From Opitutaceae bacterium (lineage in GTDB: Bacteria > Verrucomicrobiota > Verrucomicrobiia > Opitutales > Coraliomargaritaceae), in the NCBI GenBank assembly GCA_051252375.1, contig JBPOFY010000005.1, positions 128,001 to 192,000 on the forward strand: a DNA stretch of 64,000 bases, in the 5' to 3' direction. Position 1 is the first letter of the stretch. Each line of letters begins with the position of its first letter. The notes beneath the pieces are model-generated. The model had not been told where the DNA came from and searched no databases. It was given only the letters and a program-made list of their open reading frames with translations. Of this stretch, positions 19,113 to 30,002 are shown in pieces. The position numbers and the translations under genes are program-made.

Positions 19113-21416
19113 ATGTTTACTTTTATCATCAGACGTTTGCTGTCTCTCATCCCGCTTCTACTCGGAGTGAGTATGCTGGTGTCGATCTTGATGTATGTAT
19201 CACCAGGAGATTTTCTCACCCAATCACGTGCGGCGAAAGACATCGCCCCTGAAGTCATCGAGCAGCAAGAGCGGCAACTCGGCTTAGTTGACGATGAAGG
19301 TAATCCAACCAAATGGTTTGTTCGCTATGGGCATTGGTTGGCCAATGTTTCACCGGTGAAATATGGTCCATGGATCGGCGATGAATCTAAAGGCGTGCAT
19401 CTAGGCGCGCCATACCTCGGTGAATCGTTCGGTTATAAAGTGAAAGTGACTGAACTATTGGCGCAGCGCGTGCCCGCTACATTTATCCTTTCACTGACTT
19501 CGATTACTTTGGCTTGGTGTTTGGCTATACCGCTCGGGGTGCTCGCCGCGATTTATAAGGACTCTATTTTCGACCGGCTCTCGGCATTGCTGGCCTATGC
19601 GGCGCTATCGATACCTGAGTTCTTTCTCGCGATTCTCGCGGTATATGCCGCGTCGATAACGGGTTTGTTTCCCGTCGGTGGACGATCGTCGGTGGAAAGT
19701 GAATTCTTCCCTCCGGCGCTACAGTTATTGGATTATGCTTATCACCTAATTTTGCCCACCCTAGTGTTGGGCATCGGTAGTGTCGCTGGAATGATGCGGA
19801 TCATGCGGGCGAATTTTATCGACTACATGCAGGCTGAATTTGCGACCACGGCGCGCGCGAAAGGGCTCCGTGAGCGTGTCATCATGTTTAAGCATGTGCT
19901 GCGTAATGCCATCAATCCGTTGATTACATCTTTCGGTTATTCCTTTGCTGGGCTTCTTTCCGGTGCGCTGTTGGTTGAAAATGTGATGAACTACCCAGGT
20001 CTCGGGCAATTGATTTACGATGCCATCGTCCGTGAAGATCAATACGTAGTCATGGCTGGTGTCCTCATGGGCGTGATCATGCTAGTGTTCGGAAACCTGC
20101 TGGCGGATATGCTACTCGGATGGTCGGACCCACGGATTCGGGTAGAGTCACAATCCTCTGCACCATCAACCACTCGTGGTAAGATGGTGTTGATCTGGTG
20201 CGGTATCGTGGGATTGATCTTTTTGGAAATTGTCTTGGAGGCGTTTGCACCGGGAGTCCTCTCGTTCATCGTGATAATACTTAAATATCTCGGCATTGCT
20301 GTGGTCTCTGCTTTGGCCATCGGTTGTATCGCACTCGTTGGATATATTATCTTTAACCTCTTCAAAAATCTACTTGGTCAAGTGCTACGCCGCCCAATGG
20401 GCTTTGCTGCGGTATTTGTTTTATTGATGCTATATGGAGGTGCGTTGTTTGCGCCGTTTTTAGGGCCGTATCCGATTACTAAACAAAATTTAGCAACTCC
20501 ATATCATCCACCATCCGGTTTTACATTTGTTGATGGTAGCCTACATGTGAAGATGTATGAAAAGTCAGCGGTAGGTTCGGCTACCTATGTGGAGAAAGCA
20601 GAGACTGCACCTGTTCGTTTTTTTGCTAAAGGTGAACCGTATAAACTTTTCGGTTTGATGCCGATGGAGCGAAAACTTTTTCAAATTGAAAGCGAAGATC
20701 CTGCGGCTCGCGTCTATCTCCTAGGTTCGGATGATACGGGTCGTGATATATTTAGTCGTTTGCTTAATGGTGCGCAGATATCGTTGTCGATCGGCTTTAT
20801 TGGTATTTCGATTACATTGATCATTGGATTCATCGTCGGTGCGTTGGCCGGTTACTACGGAGGTGCGGTCGACTTTATCGCCATGCGCTTCGTTGAGCTG
20901 CTTATGTCGGTGCCTGCGCTTTACTTATTGCTCGCATTGCGTTCCGCATTGATCAGTCCAGATTTTTCATCTGCTCAAGTCTTCATAGTGATTGTGATTA
21001 TACTCTCCGTTATTGGCTGGGCTGGCACGGCACGTATTATTCGTGGTATGACGCTGTCGATACGAAATCGTGCCTTTGTTACTGCAGCAGAAAGCATGGG
21101 GCAGTCCGTGCCTCGGATTTTGATTAAACATATTTTACCCAACCTCGCTAGTTACTTGTTGGTTGCAGCGACCTTGGCGATTCCGGGCTACATTTTGGCA
21201 GAAGCCGCTTTGTCTTTCCTTGGGCTCGGTATCTCGGAGCCTTCGGCTTCGTGGGGGCTCATGTTGAAGCAGTCGCAGGGGAATATGATCGTTTTCTTCA
21301 TGAACTTTTGGTGGATGCTCACTCCAGGCTTGGCGATATTTGTCACGGTGATTGCTTACAATGTGCTCGGTGATGTGCTTCGTGATATCGTCGATCCGAA
21401 AATGAAAACGCGTTAA
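19113..21416 (+). CDS. Fused OppB-OppC type ABC permease
   Basis: Two permease domains: TARAKGL...HVLRNA and GRDIFSRL...AAESMG...HILPN. Confidence 0.9.
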   Translation: MFTFIIRRLLSLIPLLLGVSMLVSILMYVSPGDFLTQSRAAKDIAPEVIEQQERQLGLVDDEGNPTKWFVRYGHWLANVSPVKYGPWIGDESKGVHLGAPYLGESFGYKVKVTELLAQRVPATFILSLTSITLAWCLAIPLGVLAAIYKDSIFDRLSALLAYAALSIPEFFLAILAVYAASITGLFPVGGRSSVESEFFPPALQLLDYAYHLILPTLVLGIGSVAGMMRIMRANFIDYMQAEFATTARAKGLRERVIMFKHVLRNAINPLITSFGYSFAGLLSGALLVENVMNYPGLGQLIYDAIVREDQYVVMAGVLMGVIMLVFGNLLADMLLGWSDPRIRVESQSSAPSTTRGKMVLIWCGIVGLIFLEIVLEAFAPGVLSFIVIILKYLGIAVVSALAIGCIALVGYIIFNLFKNLLGQVLRRPMGFAAVFVLLMLYGGALFAPFLGPYPITKQNLATPYHPPSGFTFVDGSLHVKMYEKSAVGSATYVEKAETAPVRFFAKGEPYKLFGLMPMERKLFQIESEDPAARVYLLGSDDTGRDIFSRLLNGAQISLSIGFIGISITLIIGFIVGALAGYYGGAVDFIAMRFVELLMSVPALYLLLALRSALISPDFSSAQVFIVIVIILSVIGWAGTARIIRGMTLSIRNRAFVTAAESMGQSVPRILIKHILPNLASYLLVAATLAIPGYILAEAALSFLGLGISEPSASWGLMLKQSQGNMIVFFMNFWWMLTPGLAIFVTVIAYNVLGDVLRDIVDPKMKTR

Positions 21417-21422
21417 CGCTGT

Positions 21423-24398
21423 ATGTCGAAACCCGCACCAAAATTTGATCGCAGCTTTTTAATCGAGCTGGGAGGGGGCCTTGTTTTTAAGCAAGCCGAG
21501 CGCTTGTTTGAAACAGGAGCGGTGAAATCGGTTGTGTGGGAGAGCCCTGTGCTCATCGGCAAAGTCAAAGGTATGAACGCCACTTATGAGCCGAAGCTCA
21601 ATCTTCGCTCCACGGTGTTTGCGGTGAACAACTGCAACTGTGAGGACGGACAGAAGCGTAAGGTCTGCGCACACGCGATTGCTGCAGCTTTGCATTTTCA
21701 GGCATTGAAAGAAGAAGCCAAGCACGTGGTGGTTGCCGAAACCATCGTCGAGGAAGCTGAACCTGAGCCTACCGGACCTGTGGCACCAAAGTTGCGTTCT
21801 TTAAAAACTTCGGAGGATGGTATGAACCTGCGCATGTTGGTTTTCTTGCCGCCTAATTTTGAAGCTGCCGTTGAGCGTGATGCCATCGTGGTCAAAGTAG
21901 ATGCCGCGGCAGGTCGCGAGATCTTGCCGCTAGGCAATGTGAATACGGGAAAGGCTTATAAGATTTCTCCGGCGCAAGAGAAGGCGTTGATCTTGGTGGA
22001 GGCTTGGTGCGGAGGGAAAATGGCGAGTTTACTTCAGCTCACCGCTGGGCGCCTGCGTCGCTTATTGGATCTATTGGTCGATGAGCCAGTCGTCTATTGG
22101 GTGAAAAAGCCCAATGCCCCCATCGATTGGGTAGACGGGAAATTGCCGGAAGTGTATTCTCTGTTGCCTGAACCCACAATTGAAGCGGAGGAGGAAGATG
22201 CACCAGTTGCGGTAGAAGAACCCAAGCGCTTGAGCTTTAAGCAGGGTATCAGTTTACGCGAGAAACCGAGACCAAATCTACGTGCCATCGCTGAAGCAAA
22301 GAGACCGAAGCTGTTTCAAACGCGGGCAGGGGACTATCCGACCGCCAGTGCCGTTTCGGAATCGATGGAGAATTATGATTCTAAGAGCATTGTTGTAGAT
22401 GGCTCACTTAATTTTATAGCCATCCGTTTGCCGTCGTCAGATGTGGATTCGGTCAAGCCACTGCGCGATATTTTGAAAACCTCAGGGTTCATGTTGGAAC
22501 CTTCGAATCGAAAGTGGTGGCTACGCGACCGGCATAAGACATTGAACTTTCTCGCCTCGCATTGGCGTGAATTGAAAGACCAATGGCAGGCGGTGTTTAC
22601 TAAGAATTTCGAAGATAAACTAGCGCATGTAGAACTCTCAGCGCTCAACATCGAAACCAAAGAAGAAGCGGGTAAGTTCTCCTTGGAAGTGAGCTTAAGC
22701 AAAGAGGGTGACGAGACGGACTTGCGCCGCGCTATTGCCAGCGGTAAGAGTTACATTGATACCGAAGAGGGCACGATCACGCTTTTGGATACCGCTTCGG
22801 TTAACAAACTGCACGAGATCGAACGCGCGATTAGCGGACAAGCAGATCGTCCGTTTACACCGACTTTTAGCAAGCGCCTCGAAACACAAGAGCTGGTTGA
22901 TGTAGAAGACTTGCTCGATGAAATGACCGAGGGCTGGCAACCGCCGCAGGCTTGGCAGTCACGTAGTTTGGCGCTCAAGCAAGTGGGTGCTCTCGAAGCC
23001 GCGCCTATTCGACCGGGCTTTGATGCGATTTTACGCACTTATCAACGTATCGGTGTGGCATGGCTCTGGCATCTCTATCGAAACGAACTTGGTGGCATTC
23101 TCGCTGATGAAATGGGCTTGGGTAAAACACTGCAGGCCTTGGCTTTGATTGAGTGCATTCGAACGACCAATAAAGAGTCGATGCCGGCGCTGGTTGTCTG
23201 TCCTGCGAGTTTGGTGGAAAATTGGATGCGTGAGGCCGCACGGTTTACGCCGGGACTGAAGCTCGCCAAGCACCACGGCACCAAGCGTGCGAAAGAGCCC
23301 GCAGATTTGGAACAAGTCGACATCGTGATCACCTCCTACGGCACCTTGCGTCAGGATAGTGATATGCTTTCCACAATGGACTGGTGTGTCGTGATTGGTG
23401 ATGAAGCTCAGCATATTAAAAACCGTCGCACGCAGAATGCGAAGTCGCTCACGCGCCTACATAGTAAAGGTCGCTTCTTGCTGACCGGCACGCCAGTTGA
23501 AAACTCGCTGGATGATCTCTTGTCACTGTTCGCCTTCCTTATGCCGGGCTATTTGCAGACCGCACACGGTAAGCTTTCGCAGGAGGATAAGGCATGGCAT
23601 AGCAAACGTCAGACCGCGCGAGCCGCTGCCTACATTTTACGGCGCACAAAGAAGGAAGTGGCGCCAGAGCTACCGGATAAAATCGAGAAGACTTTCTTCT
23701 GCGAACTGGGGAGCAAGCAGCATCGTTTCTATCAAGATACTCTAGAGAAAACGCGCCGCGAAATTTTCAATTTGGAAATGGCTGGAGCCAATGCAGGGCG
23801 TGTGCAGTTTGCCGCCTTTACGGAGTTGCTACGTTTGCGACAGGCCTGTGTCGATCCGCGTATCATCGACGAGACTTTTCCCGAGAAAGAATCCGCCAAG
23901 CTCGCCGCCTTCGATGAAGTGCTGGATGAGTGTATCGATGCAGGTAGCCGTATCTTGGTCTTCTCCAGCTTTGTGACTGCGCTGAAGTTGCTCGCACAGC
24001 ACTTGGAGACCAAGGGGCACAAGTTTTCTTACCTCGACGGTAAGACCCGAAACCGTCTCGCGGTTTGTGATCAGTTCAATGAAGACGAGAGCATACCGGT
24101 ATTCTTGATTTCGCTCAAAGCTGGTGGCACTGGTCTCAACTTAACCGGAGCCGACACCGTCGTGCACTACGACCCTTGGTGGAATCCTGCCGCCGAAGCT
24201 CAAGCAACCGACCGAGCGCACCGTATCGGGCAAAAGAAAGTCGTCACAAGTATCAAGCTTATCGCCGCCAACACAGTGGAAGAAAAAGTCCTCGAGTTGC
24301 AGGCGAAGAAAGCAGAGATCCTCAAAGAGCTCTTCGAAGAATCCGAAGCTGCCAACGCCAAGGTCAGCTTGGACGACATCAAGAGCCTGTTAGATTAA
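21423..24398 (+). CDS. SWIM zinc finger SNF2-family helicase
   Basis: CNC...[37 protein letters not shown]. Confidence 0.93.
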   Translation: MSKPAPKFDRSFLIELGGGLVFKQAERLFETGAVKSVVWESPVLIGKVKGMNATYEPKLNLRSTVFAVNNCNCEDGQKRKVCAHAIAAALHFQALKEEAKHVVVAETIVEEAEPEPTGPVAPKLRSLKTSEDGMNLRMLVFLPPNFEAAVERDAIVVKVDAAAGREILPLGNVNTGKAYKISPAQEKALILVEAWCGGKMASLLQLTAGRLRRLLDLLVDEPVVYWVKKPNAPIDWVDGKLPEVYSLLPEPTIEAEEEDAPVAVEEPKRLSFKQGISLREKPRPNLRAIAEAKRPKLFQTRAGDYPTASAVSESMENYDSKSIVVDGSLNFIAIRLPSSDVDSVKPLRDILKTSGFMLEPSNRKWWLRDRHKTLNFLASHWRELKDQWQAVFTKNFEDKLAHVELSALNIETKEEAGKFSLEVSLSKEGDETDLRRAIASGKSYIDTEEGTITLLDTASVNKLHEIERAISGQADRPFTPTFSKRLETQELVDVEDLLDEMTEGWQPPQAWQSRSLALKQVGALEAAPIRPGFDAILRTYQRIGVAWLWHLYRNELGGILADEMGLGKTLQALALIECIRTTNKESMPALVVCPASLVENWMREAARFTPGLKLAKHHGTKRAKEPADLEQVDIVITSYGTLRQDSDMLSTMDWCVVIGDEAQHIKNRRTQNAKSLTRLHSKGRFLLTGTPVENSLDDLLSLFAFLMPGYLQTAHGKLSQEDKAWHSKRQTARAAAYILRRTKKEVAPELPDKIEKTFFCELGSKQHRFYQDTLEKTRREIFNLEMAGANAGRVQFAAFTELLRLRQACVDPRIIDETFPEKESAKLAAFDEVLDECIDAGSRILVFSSFVTALKLLAQHLETKGHKFSYLDGKTRNRLAVCDQFNEDESIPVFLISLKAGGTGLNLTGADTVVHYDPWWNPAAEAQATDRAHRIGQKKVVTSIKLIAANTVEEKVLELQAKKAEILKELFEESEAANAKVSLDDIKSLLD

Positions 24399-24401
24399 AT
24401 T

Positions 24402-25460
24402 TTATCCGCGGCGAGCTAGGACGGCTTGGGCGAGTTCTTGGAAGATAGGCTCGGTGGCTTCGAAGTCGATGCAGCCGTCGGTGATGCTTTGGCCGTAGGT
24501 ATTTTCGCCGCCTTCTTTGTAGTCTTGGCGTCCAGCGACAAGGTGGCTTTCGAGCATGATACCGGCGATGCCTTTTTGTCCGGCGGCGATTTGCTCGGCG
24601 AGGACATGGGCGACTTCAGACTGACGTGTGTAGTCTTTGTTGCTGTTGCCGTGGCTGCAGTCGACGATGAGGTAGGGTGGCAGTTTGACAGCTTCGAGTT
24701 GTTCTAGGATGGGCTCGATGTCTTTGGCTTCGTAATTCGGCCCCGTGCGGTTGCCGCCGCGCAGTATGACGTGGGCGGAGGAGTTGCCCGTTGTTTGAAA
24801 GATAGCGGTCACGCCTTGTTTGGTGACGGAAGGGAACCAGTGTGGTTGGGCGGCAGAGCGCACGGCGTCGATCGCGATTTGCACGTTGCCGCTGGTGCCG
24901 TTTTTGAATCCGACTGGCATGGAGAGTCCGGAAGCGAGTTCGCGGTGAACCTGGCTCTCGGTGGTGCGTGCGCCGATGGCTGACCATGCGATGGCGTCGG
25001 CAATGAATTGAGGGATGATCGTGTCGAGGAATTCGGCGCCTGTGGGGAGACCGAGTTCGCAGATGTCGACGAGGAGTTGACGCCCGACGCGGAGACCGGT
25101 GTTGATCTCGAAACTGCCGTCGATCTTGGGGTCGTTGATCAAGCCTTTCCAGCCGACCACGGTGCGAGGCTTTTCAAAGTAAACCCGCATGATGATTTGT
25201 AGCTCGGCTTTATACTTTTCGGCGTAAGGTAATAAGCGCTGTGCATATTCCATCGCTGCTTTCGTATCGTGGATCGAGCAGGGACCGACAACGACGATGA
25301 GTCGGTCGTCATCGCCACGAAGGATGGCTTCGCTTTCGGTGCGGCCTTGGTCGATGACCGCAGTGGCTTTGTCGGTGAGCGGAATTTCTTCAATCAGAAT
25401 CGCAGGAGAGAGCAGCGGGCGCATTGCCCCGATACGGGTGTCGTCGTGTGGTGTGAGCAT
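24402..25460 (-). CDS. aroG: DAHP synthase (class I, AroF/G/H type)
   Basis: GPCSIHD, RVYFEKPRT, IGARTTESQ.HR, DCSHGNS. Confidence 0.95.
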   Translation of the reverse strand: MLTPHDDTRIGAMRPLLSPAILIEEIPLTDKATAVIDQGRTESEAILRGDDDRLIVVVGPCSIHDTKAAMEYAQRLLPYAEKYKAELQIIMRVYFEKPRTVVGWKGLINDPKIDGSFEINTGLRVGRQLLVDICELGLPTGAEFLDTIIPQFIADAIAWSAIGARTTESQVHRELASGLSMPVGFKNGTSGNVQIAIDAVRSAAQPHWFPSVTKQGVTAIFQTTGNSSAHVILRGGNRTGPNYEAKDIEPILEQLEAVKLPPYLIVDCSHGNSNKDYTRQSEVAHVLAEQIAAGQKGIAGIMLESHLVAGRQDYKEGGENTYGQSITDGCIDFEATEPIFQELAQAVLARRG

Positions 25461-25469
25461 GTTTTATTA

Positions 25470-25534
25470 AAGTTGGGAAGTTGGGAAGTTGGGAAGTTGG
25501 GAAGTTGGGAAGTTGGGGAGGTTAGGAAGTTGGA
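25470..25534. repeat. Tandem octamer repeat (AAGTTGGG)x6 plus 2 degenerate units
   Basis: Six perfect units 25470-25517, 9 nt upstream of the aroG start. Confidence 0.92.
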
Positions 25535-25537
25535 AAT

Positions 25538-25609
25538 TCTTAATCTTACTTGTAATCTTAATCCCAAATGATTCGACGATTATGATTAAGAGTAGGATTA
25601 TGATTAAGA
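25538..25609. repeat. Inverted hexamer-periodic repeat (TAATCT / GATTAW) hairpin
   Basis: tcttaatcttacttgtaatcttaatc ... gattatgattaagagtaggattatgattaaga. Confidence 0.65.
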
Positions 25610-25622
25610 CGCTGGAAGCGGT

Positions 25623-26498
25623 TTATTGCGGCAGCATGTTGGACTGGCTGACGATGAATAACATCAGTAGGCTGAATGCGTTGAAGAACGCATGAAAGCA
25701 CATGGGGACTAAAATGTTGCCTGACTTTTCGTAAACGCGGGCGAGGACGACTCCGACCATGATGAGGGGGACGAAGGAGAGCAGGTTGCCATGCATGATC
25801 GCGAACACGGCCCCGCTGAGAACTTGGGCGGCGATGAAGGCCATCTTGCTTTTAAGGAAACGGTAGATGCAGCCACGGAAAATGAGTTCTTCTACAATAG
25901 GAGCGAGGATGACTGCAAAAATGATGAGCAAGCCAATCGCGAATGGATCGCCGCCGCCTTGAAACAGGGTGATCAGTTCTTGGGGTTCGATTTCCTCGAT
26001 CAGTCCGAGGGCTTGGAAGATTTCTAGGAATTTTGTCCAAGCAAAGGTGACGATCCAAATGACCGGCAGGAACATCAGAAAGAGGGGTGCGGCTTCCTTC
26101 AGCGCTGCGCCTAAGCTATAACCCTGTGAATTTAGGCGACCGCCAAACTCATTGGGGATGAAATGACGGAGGAAGTAAAAAACTGCGAGGAGTGGAACCT
26201 GTAGGAGCAGCACCGCTGCGACTGCTATCCAAGGAGTCAGCTCGCCATCATTTGCATGGATACTATCTTTGAGGAAATGCGCGCCTGATATTTGCACGAG
26301 CGATACGATGACAACTTCGGCGCAAATAAAGAGCAGGAAGTTGACCCAACCGATGGCCCAGACGGGTGTGTTGGCGTCGGGTATGATTTCGGTTCGTGGG
26401 CGTTGGATATGGCGTATCCATAGCGTGGCACTACTGCCTAATACGGCGAGTATGATTACAGTTGCAGCTATGGCTGCTGCGTCGAGCTCCGGTGTCAT
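25623..26498 (-). CDS. CPBP (Abi/CAAX) family intramembrane metalloprotease
   Basis: AP.VEE..FRG, FA..H, H...N motifs. Confidence 0.93.
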   Translation of the reverse strand: MTPELDAAAIAATVIILAVLGSSATLWIRHIQRPRTEIIPDANTPVWAIGWVNFLLFICAEVVIVSLVQISGAHFLKDSIHANDGELTPWIAVAAVLLLQVPLLAVFYFLRHFIPNEFGGRLNSQGYSLGAALKEAAPLFLMFLPVIWIVTFAWTKFLEIFQALGLIEEIEPQELITLFQGGGDPFAIGLLIIFAVILAPIVEELIFRGCIYRFLKSKMAFIAAQVLSGAVFAIMHGNLLSFVPLIMVGVVLARVYEKSGNILVPMCFHAFFNAFSLLMLFIVSQSNMLPQ

Positions 26499-26510
26499 TA
26501 TCGGAAGCGC

Positions 26511-27806
26511 TTACGCGGTGATGCTTTGACCATCGAAGATTTGCTTGCCGTTGACGAAGGTGGCTTTGACTTTTCCTTTTAGTGTCTGTCCGTGCCATGG
26601 GCAATTGCGTGACTTACTGAAGAATTTGTCTGCGTCGACGGTCCAGCTTTCGTCGGGGTCGAAGAGGCAGATGTCGGCGGGTGCACCGTCGCTGAGTGTG
26701 CCGGCGTCGAGCTTGCAAAGTTCCGCGCCTTTGTGGGTCATGAGTGCGATGACTTCGTTGAGAGAGAGACGTTTGCTGTGGTAGAGTGTGCCCAAGCTGC
26801 TCGCAAGTGAGTTTTCGAGTCCGATGATACCGAAGGGGGCGTAATCAAATTCGCAGTCCTTCTCGGTCGGCGTGTGCGGTGCATGATCGGTGGCGATACA
26901 ATCGAGTGTGCCATCGCAGAGACCTTGGATGAGTGCTTCGCGGTCAGCGTCGGTGCGCAGCGGCGGGTTCATCTTAAAGCCGGTGTCGTAGTCGGCTAGT
27001 TTTGCATCGGTAAATTCGATATGGTGTGGGCTGGCTTCGCCGCTTACGGGGACGCCGCGCTCTTTGGCTCGGCGTAGGATGTCGACCGAGGCGGAGGAGC
27101 TGACGTGCTGCATGTGAATGTGCGCGCCCGTGATCTCGGCGAGTATCACATTACGCGCGACGATGATGTCTTCGGCGGCTTTGGGCCAGCCACGTAACCC
27201 GAGGCGGAGGGACCATTCGCCTTCGTTCATGACGGCACCTTCGGTGAGGTTGGCGTCTTGGCAGTGGTCCATGATGATGAGATCGAACATCTTGGCATAC
27301 TCGACCGCACGGCGCATGATTTCGTTGTTTTGCACGCACTGACCATCGTCGGTCATAGCGACGACTCCGGCGTTCTTAAGTTGTCCAGTTGGGGCGAGAT
27401 GTTCGCCTTGCATGCCGAGTGTGAGGCAGCCAGTTGGGTAAACTTTGATCACTGCCTTACGTCGCACCTCGTCCATGATGCGCTGGATCGTGCCTGCATT
27501 GTCGCAGACCGGGCTGGTGTTGGGCATGCAGACGACGGAGGTGAACCCTCCTGCGGCGGCGGCTTTGGTGCCACTACTGATGTCTTCCTTATGAGTTTGG
27601 CCAGGATAACGGAAGTGGACATGAATGTCGACTAAGCCCGGTGCGACGACGAGGCCGCTGGCGTCGACTTGTGTGGCCTCGGCTTTTTGAGCCTCGTTGA
27701 GGCTGCCAACCAGTTTGCCGTCGATGGCGAATACATCGCCTACGCTGTCGCGGTCATTTGCGGGGTCAATGACTCGACCGCCTTGGATCCATAGGATGTT
27801 GCTCAT
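26511..27806 (-). CDS. pyrC: Dihydroorotase
   Basis: D.HVHFR.PG, MPNT.P, KMNPPLR, ATDHAPH; adjacent to pyrB. Confidence 0.95.
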   Translation of the reverse strand: MSNILWIQGGRVIDPANDRDSVGDVFAIDGKLVGSLNEAQKAEATQVDASGLVVAPGLVDIHVHFRYPGQTHKEDISSGTKAAAAGGFTSVVCMPNTSPVCDNAGTIQRIMDEVRRKAVIKVYPTGCLTLGMQGEHLAPTGQLKNAGVVAMTDDGQCVQNNEIMRRAVEYAKMFDLIIMDHCQDANLTEGAVMNEGEWSLRLGLRGWPKAAEDIIVARNVILAEITGAHIHMQHVSSSASVDILRRAKERGVPVSGEASPHHIEFTDAKLADYDTGFKMNPPLRTDADREALIQGLCDGTLDCIATDHAPHTPTEKDCEFDYAPFGIIGLENSLASSLGTLYHSKRLSLNEVIALMTHKGAELCKLDAGTLSDGAPADICLFDPDESWTVDADKFFSKSRNCPWHGQTLKGKVKATFVNGKQIFDGQSITA

Positions 27807-27818
27807 TGATAAAAAAGA

Positions 27819-28778
27819 TTAAGAGGGGAGTTCGATCGGGATGGAGCGATGGCGGCAGTGGCAGAGGTGTAGAATGGCCATGCGCACGACGATGCCGTTG
27901 GTGACTTGCTGTAAGATCACGGAGCGATCCGAGTCGGCTAGTTCGGAGTCGATCTCGACGCCGCGATTGATTGGACCCGGGTGCATGATGATGGCGTCGG
28001 GCTTGAGCCATGCCGCGCGTTTCATATTGAGCCCGAACATGCTGGTGTATTCGCCAAGTGAGGGGAAGTGGGTGGATGCTTGGCGCTCGTGTTGGATGCG
28101 CAGTAGCATGACTGCGTCGGCGTCCTTCAATGCCTTCTTGAGGTCGTGGCAGACGGTGGCCCCCATGGCTTCAAATTCTTTAGGCACGAGTGTGCTAGGT
28201 CCAGCGATGGTGACTTTCGCGCCGAGCTTTTGTAGGCAGATGATATTGGATCGTGCCACGCGGCTGAAGAGGATGTCGCCTAAGATGGTGACGTGCTTGC
28301 CGTCCAGTGTGCCGAATTTTTCTAAAAGTGTGAAGGCGTCGAGCAGCGCTTGTGTCGGGTGGGCGTGGGAGCCATCACCTGCATTGATGACAGGGATGTC
28401 GACGACTTTGCTAAGGTAGTTGGGCGCACCGGAGGCTGAGTGCCGCATGATGATCATGTCGGCTTTGAGCGCTGCCATGTTTTGTGCGGTGTCGCGCAGA
28501 GTTTCGCCTTTGGTCAGGCTGCTGACGTCACCCGTGACCGTAATGGTGTCGGCACTCAAGCGGCTGGCGGCGACCTCGAAAGCAAGTCGTGTCCGAGTGC
28601 TGGGCTCCAAGAAGAGGTTTACGATTGTGCGACCATTCAAGTAGGGCTGCTTTTTATCGTCAGCCTCCATCGCTTTCTTGAACGCGGTGGCTGCCGTAAA
28701 GATCGTCTCAATCTCCTCACGGGAGAGTGGTTCGACGTCGATTAGGTCTTTTCGGTTCCAGGATAAACTTTGGCTCAT
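27819..28778 (-). CDS. pyrB: Aspartate carbamoyltransferase catalytic subunit
   Basis: EPSTRTR, HPTQALLD, HPGP.NRG; start placed at ATG 28778 (MSQSLSW). Confidence 0.96.
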   Translation of the reverse strand: MSQSLSWNRKDLIDVEPLSREEIETIFTAATAFKKAMEADDKKQPYLNGRTIVNLFLEPSTRTRLAFEVAASRLSADTITVTGDVSSLTKGETLRDTAQNMAALKADMIIMRHSASGAPNYLSKVVDIPVINAGDGSHAHPTQALLDAFTLLEKFGTLDGKHVTILGDILFSRVARSNIICLQKLGAKVTIAGPSTLVPKEFEAMGATVCHDLKKALKDADAVMLLRIQHERQASTHFPSLGEYTSMFGLNMKRAAWLKPDAIIMHPGPINRGVEIDSELADSDRSVILQQVTNGIVVRMAILHLCHCRHRSIPIELPS

Positions 28779-28950
28779 TAGTGTATGGGTGCGCTGGCGG
28801 GCAAAAAACAAGCCCAGCTCCGAAAACGGAAATGTGCGTTTCAAAACAGAAAGGGCAACGAGAAATCGCGGAAAAGCACTGTCACTACAGGGATTTCATT
28901 GGTTGAGGGTGGTGGAAATTACCTTTTTACACGCGATTCGTCCGCTTGGT

Positions 28951-28994
28951 TCGACGTTGACTTTAATGAAAACTAGACTTTGAGTATTCAAAGT
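28951..28994 (+). promoter_or_regulatory. Candidate promoter and palindromic operator of the metal ABC operon
   Basis: TCGACG-N17-TAGACT overlapped by the dyad ACTTTGA-GTAT-TCAAAGT (28977-28994), abutting ATG 28995. Confidence 0.55.
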
Positions 28995-29981
28995 ATGAAA
29001 TTTGAGTTATCGTTATTGCGTCCATTAGCACTGCTTACAGTCGTGTTTTCATTGATTGGTTGTGCCCCGAGTGGTGGTGACGAGTCCGAGTCGGTGGAGT
29101 CGGGTGCGAGCCCCTACAAGGTGGTTTGCACTGTGGGTATGATCACAGACATCGTGCGCAATGTGGCTGGAGACTACGCCGAGGTGGAGGGCATCATTGG
29201 TGAAGGCGTGGATCCGCACCTCTACAAGCCGACTCGCAGCGATGTGGTGAAACTGAGTGGCGCGGACGTGGTTTTTTATAATGGATTGCTACTCGAAGGT
29301 AAAATGACGGACGTGCTGGTGCGTGTGGCGACGACAGGCAAACCAGTGAAAGCGGTGACCGAGGCAATTTTGGATGAGACGGATTACTTAATGGATAAGG
29401 AAGACGGCTCGGAATATACAGATCCGCACGTTTGGATGGATGTGAGCGGTTGGCTCAAGGCGGTGCCAGTTGTGGCTGAAACGCTGTCTGCGTATGATCC
29501 CGCAAACGCAGCGACCTATCGTAGTAATGCCGCTGCTTATATGGAGCAACTTGAAGCCTTGAACGTTTATGCGAAAAAGGCGATGGCCACGATCCCAGAA
29601 GGGCAACGTGTTTTGGTGACGGCTCACGATGCGTTTCGCTACCTAGGGCGTGCGTATGGCATAGAAGTGCGAGGCATTCAGGGGGTGAGCACCGAATCAG
29701 AGGCAGGTGTGCGTGATCTCGAAGATTTGGTTGATTTCATTGTGCATCGAAAGATCCCCGCTGTTTTTGTAGAGACTTCTGTGGCGGATAAGAATGTGCG
29801 TGCGCTGGTCGAAGGTTCCAAATCGCGTGGGCACCCAGTGGTGATCGGTGGCTCGCTCTTTTCCGACGCGATGGGCCAAGCCGGCACCTACGAGGGCACT
29901 TATATTGGCATGATTGATAGCAACGTGACCACCATCGTGAACTCCCTTGGCGGGGAAGCTGCAGGTTTTCGGCAAGATTAA
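28995..29981 (+). CDS. Mn/Zn/Fe ABC transporter substrate-binding lipoprotein (TroA/MntA family)
   Basis: LIGC lipobox; DPHLY, DPHVW, TAHDAF, SDA metal ligands. Confidence 0.95.
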   Translation: MKFELSLLRPLALLTVVFSLIGCAPSGGDESESVESGASPYKVVCTVGMITDIVRNVAGDYAEVEGIIGEGVDPHLYKPTRSDVVKLSGADVVFYNGLLLEGKMTDVLVRVATTGKPVKAVTEAILDETDYLMDKEDGSEYTDPHVWMDVSGWLKAVPVVAETLSAYDPANAATYRSNAAAYMEQLEALNVYAKKAMATIPEGQRVLVTAHDAFRYLGRAYGIEVRGIQGVSTESEAGVRDLEDLVDFIVHRKIPAVFVETSVADKNVRALVEGSKSRGHPVVIGGSLFSDAMGQAGTYEGTYIGMIDSNVTTIVNSLGGEAAGFRQD

Positions 29982-30002
29982 GGCGTTTTGTAGACTTATA
30001 TT

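Noticed and set aside
21423..24398. SNF2 helicase as part of a defence system
   Set aside because: SWIM-SNF2 in a housekeeping neighbourhood with no methylase, nuclease or other defence partners adjacent.
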